NCBI GenBank assembly: GCA_977017645.1
Contig: OZ360221.1
Location: 40,610,001-40,674,000 of the forward strand
Length of the DNA stretch: 64,000 nt
Direction of reading: 5' to 3'
DNA from: Torpedo marmorata
Taxonomy: Eukaryota
Under the pieces are notes generated by a model. That model ran no database searches, was not told the DNA's origin, and saw only the letters and a program-made list of their open reading frames with translations. The translations under genes and the position numbers were made by a program. Positions 60,497 through 64,000 of the stretch are shown piece by piece (position 1 is the stretch's first letter; each line of letters starts with the position of its first letter).

Positions 60497-63450
60497 TGGT
60501 TGCCGTGGTTGGCCAATGAGACAGCCTGCTCCACGTGTGGGATTCACTGTCAGGACGGTGGTTCTTGGTCGACACCGGAAACGAAGTCAGCGTCCTCCCG
60601 CCCTCGGCACTCGACATCCGCAACAAGCGGCCAGGCCCATCGTTGAGAGCAGCAAACTGCTCCACCATAAGGACATTCGGCACGCGTACTGTGCCGCTCT
60701 GTTTCGGCAACAGCCGGTTCACGTGGACTTTCACACTCGCAGCAGTAGAACAACCACTCCTAGGTGCTGATTTCCTCAGGGCACATTGCCTGCTGGTGGA
60801 TCTCAAAGGGCGAAGGCTGGTCCACGCTACAACATTCCAGTCTTTCCCCCTGGGAAAAGCCCATTTACCCGCCCCCACCTCCATTCTGTCACCGCCGACT
60901 GCAACGAGTTCTCACGGATCCTCTCCCAATTACCAGCCATCGCGGTACCACAGTTCACCTCCGCCGGGCCTAAATTCGGGGTGCAACACCACATCCTCAC
61001 CGAGGGCCCACTCCTCCACGCCAGGGGACGCCGCCTCCCCCCCGAGAAGCTGAGCTTAGTGAAAGAGGAGTTCAGAAAGATGGAAGAACTGGGGATCGTG
61101 CGCAGGTCCGACAGCCCCTGGACATCCCCCCTACACATGGTACCAAAAGCGACAGGAGGGTGGAGACCGTGCGGGGACTACCGGCACCTGAAAGAGGCAA
61201 CCACGCCAGATCAATACCCCGTGCCCCACATACACGACTTCACCGCAAACTTACAGGGGGCACGGGTCTTCTCCAAAGTTGACCTCATCAGAGGCTACCA
61301 CCAGATCCCGGTCCACTCCCAGGACATAGCTAAAACCGCCATCATAACCCACTTTGGTTTGTTTGAGTTCCTGAGAATGCCTTTCGGGCTAAAAAACGCG
61401 GCTCAAACTTTCCAGAGGTTGATGGACAGAGTGGGCTGGGACCTCGATTTCGTATTCATCTACCTCGATGACATACTGGTAGCTAGCCGCAATCGGGAAG
61501 AACATGCGACGCACATACGGCAGCTGTGCTCCCGCCTCAGAGACTTCGGCCTGACCATCAACCCAGCCAAGTGCCAGTTCGGGCTGGAGACTATCGATTT
61601 CCTGGGCCACAGGATTACCAGACACGGGGCGACACTGCTACCTGATAAGGTAGAGGCTGTCAGGCGCTTCACCAAGCCACACGGTGAAGGGCCTCCAGGA
61701 GTTCGCCAGTATGATCAACTTTTACCACCGTTTCATACCGGCGGCAGCCCACATCATCCGCCCTCTATTCGCCTTGACGGCTGGCAAAAAGAAAGAGGTG
61801 GAGTGGGACAATGAAGCATCAGAAGCGTTTCAGTGGGCCAAAGATGCCCTGGCCAACGCCACGCTTCTGGTGCACCCGCGGACAGATGCCCCGACCACCC
61901 TCACTATAGACGCCTCCAATACAGCGGTCGCGGGAGTACTTGAGCAACAGGTGGACGGACAATGGCAGCCCTTGGCTTTCTTCAGCAGGCACCTGCGGAC
62001 ACCAGAGCTCGAGTACAGTGCTTTCGACCGGGAACTGCTAGCACTATACCTAGCGATATGATATTTCCGATACTTCCAAGAGGGCAGGCAGTTCACGATT
62101 TTCACCGATCACAAACCACTGACCTTCGCCTTCAACAAAGTTTCGGACCCATGGTCGGCCAGGCAACAAAGGCACCTGTCCTATATATCCGAATTCACAA
62201 CGGATATTCAGCATATCGCCGGAAAGACTAACGTAGTGGCTGACGCTTTATCACGCCCTACAATTCAGGCGATACAGGCACTGTCCCAAGGGGTCGACTT
62301 CACAGCTGCAACAACCTGAGATCCCCTCTTACAGAACGGTGGTGACAGGTCTTCAACTAGAAGACATCGCCATCGGGCCCGGCAACCAGACACTACTCTG
62401 CGATGTGTCAATGGGTAAACCCCGCCCCGTCGTCCCCGCGGCATGGAGATGTCCAGCTTTTGACACAGTGCATAACCTGACACACCCGTCCATCAGGACC
62501 ACGGTCAGGATGGTAGCCAGCAGGTTCGTGTGGCACGGTCTCCGGAAATAAGTCAGACAGTGGGCAAACACCTGCACACACTGCCAGACGTCTAAGGTAT
62601 TGACGTATGTCAAGGCGCCCCCCCCCCAATCGTTCGAACCGGCACAGCGGAAGTTCAGCCGTGTCCACATCGACATTGTGGGCCCCCTGCCGGTATCGAG
62701 AGGGGCACGGTACCTACTGACGATGGTAGACAGGCTTACGAGTTGGCCGGAAGCGGTTCCGCTGGCAGAAACCTCAACGGAGACCTGTGCCAGAGCCCTC
62801 ATCGACACATGGGTGGCTCGATTCGGAGTCCTGGAACACCTGACATCCGACAGAGGTGCGCAGTTCACTTCAGGACTTTGGACAGCGATGGCTAACCTTT
62901 TGGGAACCCAGCTCCACCACACCACGGCTTACCATCCCCAAACCAACGGACTGGTGGAGCGGTTCCACCAGCACCTGAAAGCAGCCCTGATGGCCCGCCT
63001 CAAAGGACCACACTGGACCGATGAGCTGCCATGGGTACTACTGGGGATCCGAACGGCGCCCAAAGAGGACCTCGATACCTCGGCAGCAGAGTTGGTGTAC
63101 GGCGCACCCCTGGTTATCCCCGGCGAGTTCCTGGCCTCCGCCAGAGACTCAGGCAACCCTCGAAAGGCTCCGAGAGTGACTGGGGACATTGGCCCCGTCA
63201 CAGCCCACACCGCACGGCCACCAAAAGACACATATCCCCAAGAACCTACTCAACTGTAGGTTCGTTTTCGTGCGAAGAGGAGCACATCGGCCGCCGCTGT
63301 AGCGTCTGTACGAGGGGCCTTACAAAGTGATCCGGCACAATGGATGCACATGTGTGCTAGACATAGGAGGCAAGGCAGAGACATTCACAACAGACCGCCT
63401 TAAGCCAGCACACATCGACGCCAGCCAACCGGTCATCACACCAACCACAT
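60497..63450 (+). pseudogene. Disrupted pol (PR-RT-RH-INT)
   Basis: LVDTG, YLDD, DAS..YSAFDRELL, HIDIVGPL..SDRG..ERFH; several frameshifts and stops. Confidence 0.92.
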
Positions 63451-63841
63451 GGCGCAGAGGCAGGCCGCTGAAGCACGAAACACCTCCATGATTGCCGGTT
63501 CTGGGGCGGGGTCGTGTAGCGGCCCACGAGCCGATTGGCGATCCGCTGCACAAAATGGCGGACGAACTCGGCAATTGCACCAGGGCATCATAAACTAAGA
63601 TGGCCCTTCTTGCAGCAGCTCCAGTCGACTGGCGGGAAACGACAAGCACCGGCGGGAAAACTGACCAATCAGCGGCCAGCCCGCTGGTGACGTCATATCC
63701 GCATCCCCGCTGGAAGGGGTGGGTTCTCCGAGCTACTGGCCCTATATAAGGCAGAGCAAGAGCTCTAATAAATCAGTCTTGTTTGAGCTTACCTAGTGTG
63801 TGGTGGTTTTCTTCGACGCAGCAGCAGCACGCTACAATATA

Positions 63842-64000
63842 TAGAGTGCAAAAAAGATTTGCAAGGACGTTGCCGGGACTTGAGGAACTGTGTTACAGGG
63901 AAAGGATAACTAGCTTAGGACTTTATACCCTGGAGCGCCGGAGAATGAGGGGAGATCTGATAGAGGTATACAAAATCATGAGGGGTATAGATAGAGTAAA
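63842..64000 (+). mobile_element. CR1 LINE 3' fragment (runs off window)
   Basis: LGLYTLERRRMRGDLIEVYKIMRG. Confidence 0.85.

Larger units (their letters stand above)
59442..63836 (+). mobile_element. Full-length CsRn1-clade-like Gypsy retrotransposon (defective)
   Basis: 322-bp LTRs 59442-59763 and 63515-63836; 4-bp TSD ATAT; PBS TGGTGACCTCGACG (tRNA-Trp-like); G-rich PPT; TATA and polyA signal in LTR. Confidence 0.95.

Overview
Repeat-saturated vertebrate genomic DNA. The repeat set (CR1/HER1-type LINEs with V-domain SINE partners, Rex1-type LINEs, Penelope elements, L1 fragments, Gypsy LTR elements) points to a cartilaginous fish, probably a ray; this is inference. I see no intact host gene, RNA gene or CRISPR array. 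The window holds three Gypsy proviruses: a minus-strand one whose RT motif reads YLDN, a Gmr1-type one with SCAN-like gag and PR-INT-RT order, and a CsRn1-type one with CHCC gag and a tRNA-Trp PBS. It also holds three solo LTRs and one partial LTR, deeply nested LINEs, and small DNA transposons (pogo/Tc2, Chapaev3, hAT). The standout is a 681-bp TA-flanked Tigger/pogo-like TIR element (30142-30822) carrying three fused pieces of a LINGO3-like LRR-Ig coding exon, with a TIR-mimic at the capture junction (Pack-TIR-like gene capture). Other notable signals are repeated hammerhead-ribozyme-like motifs in Penelope ends, a second TIR element with a 250-bp palindromic cargo, and clusters of housekeeping-promoter motifs in LTR-element DNA. 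Family names come from motif recognition, not database searches. Boundaries without a TSD are approximate.
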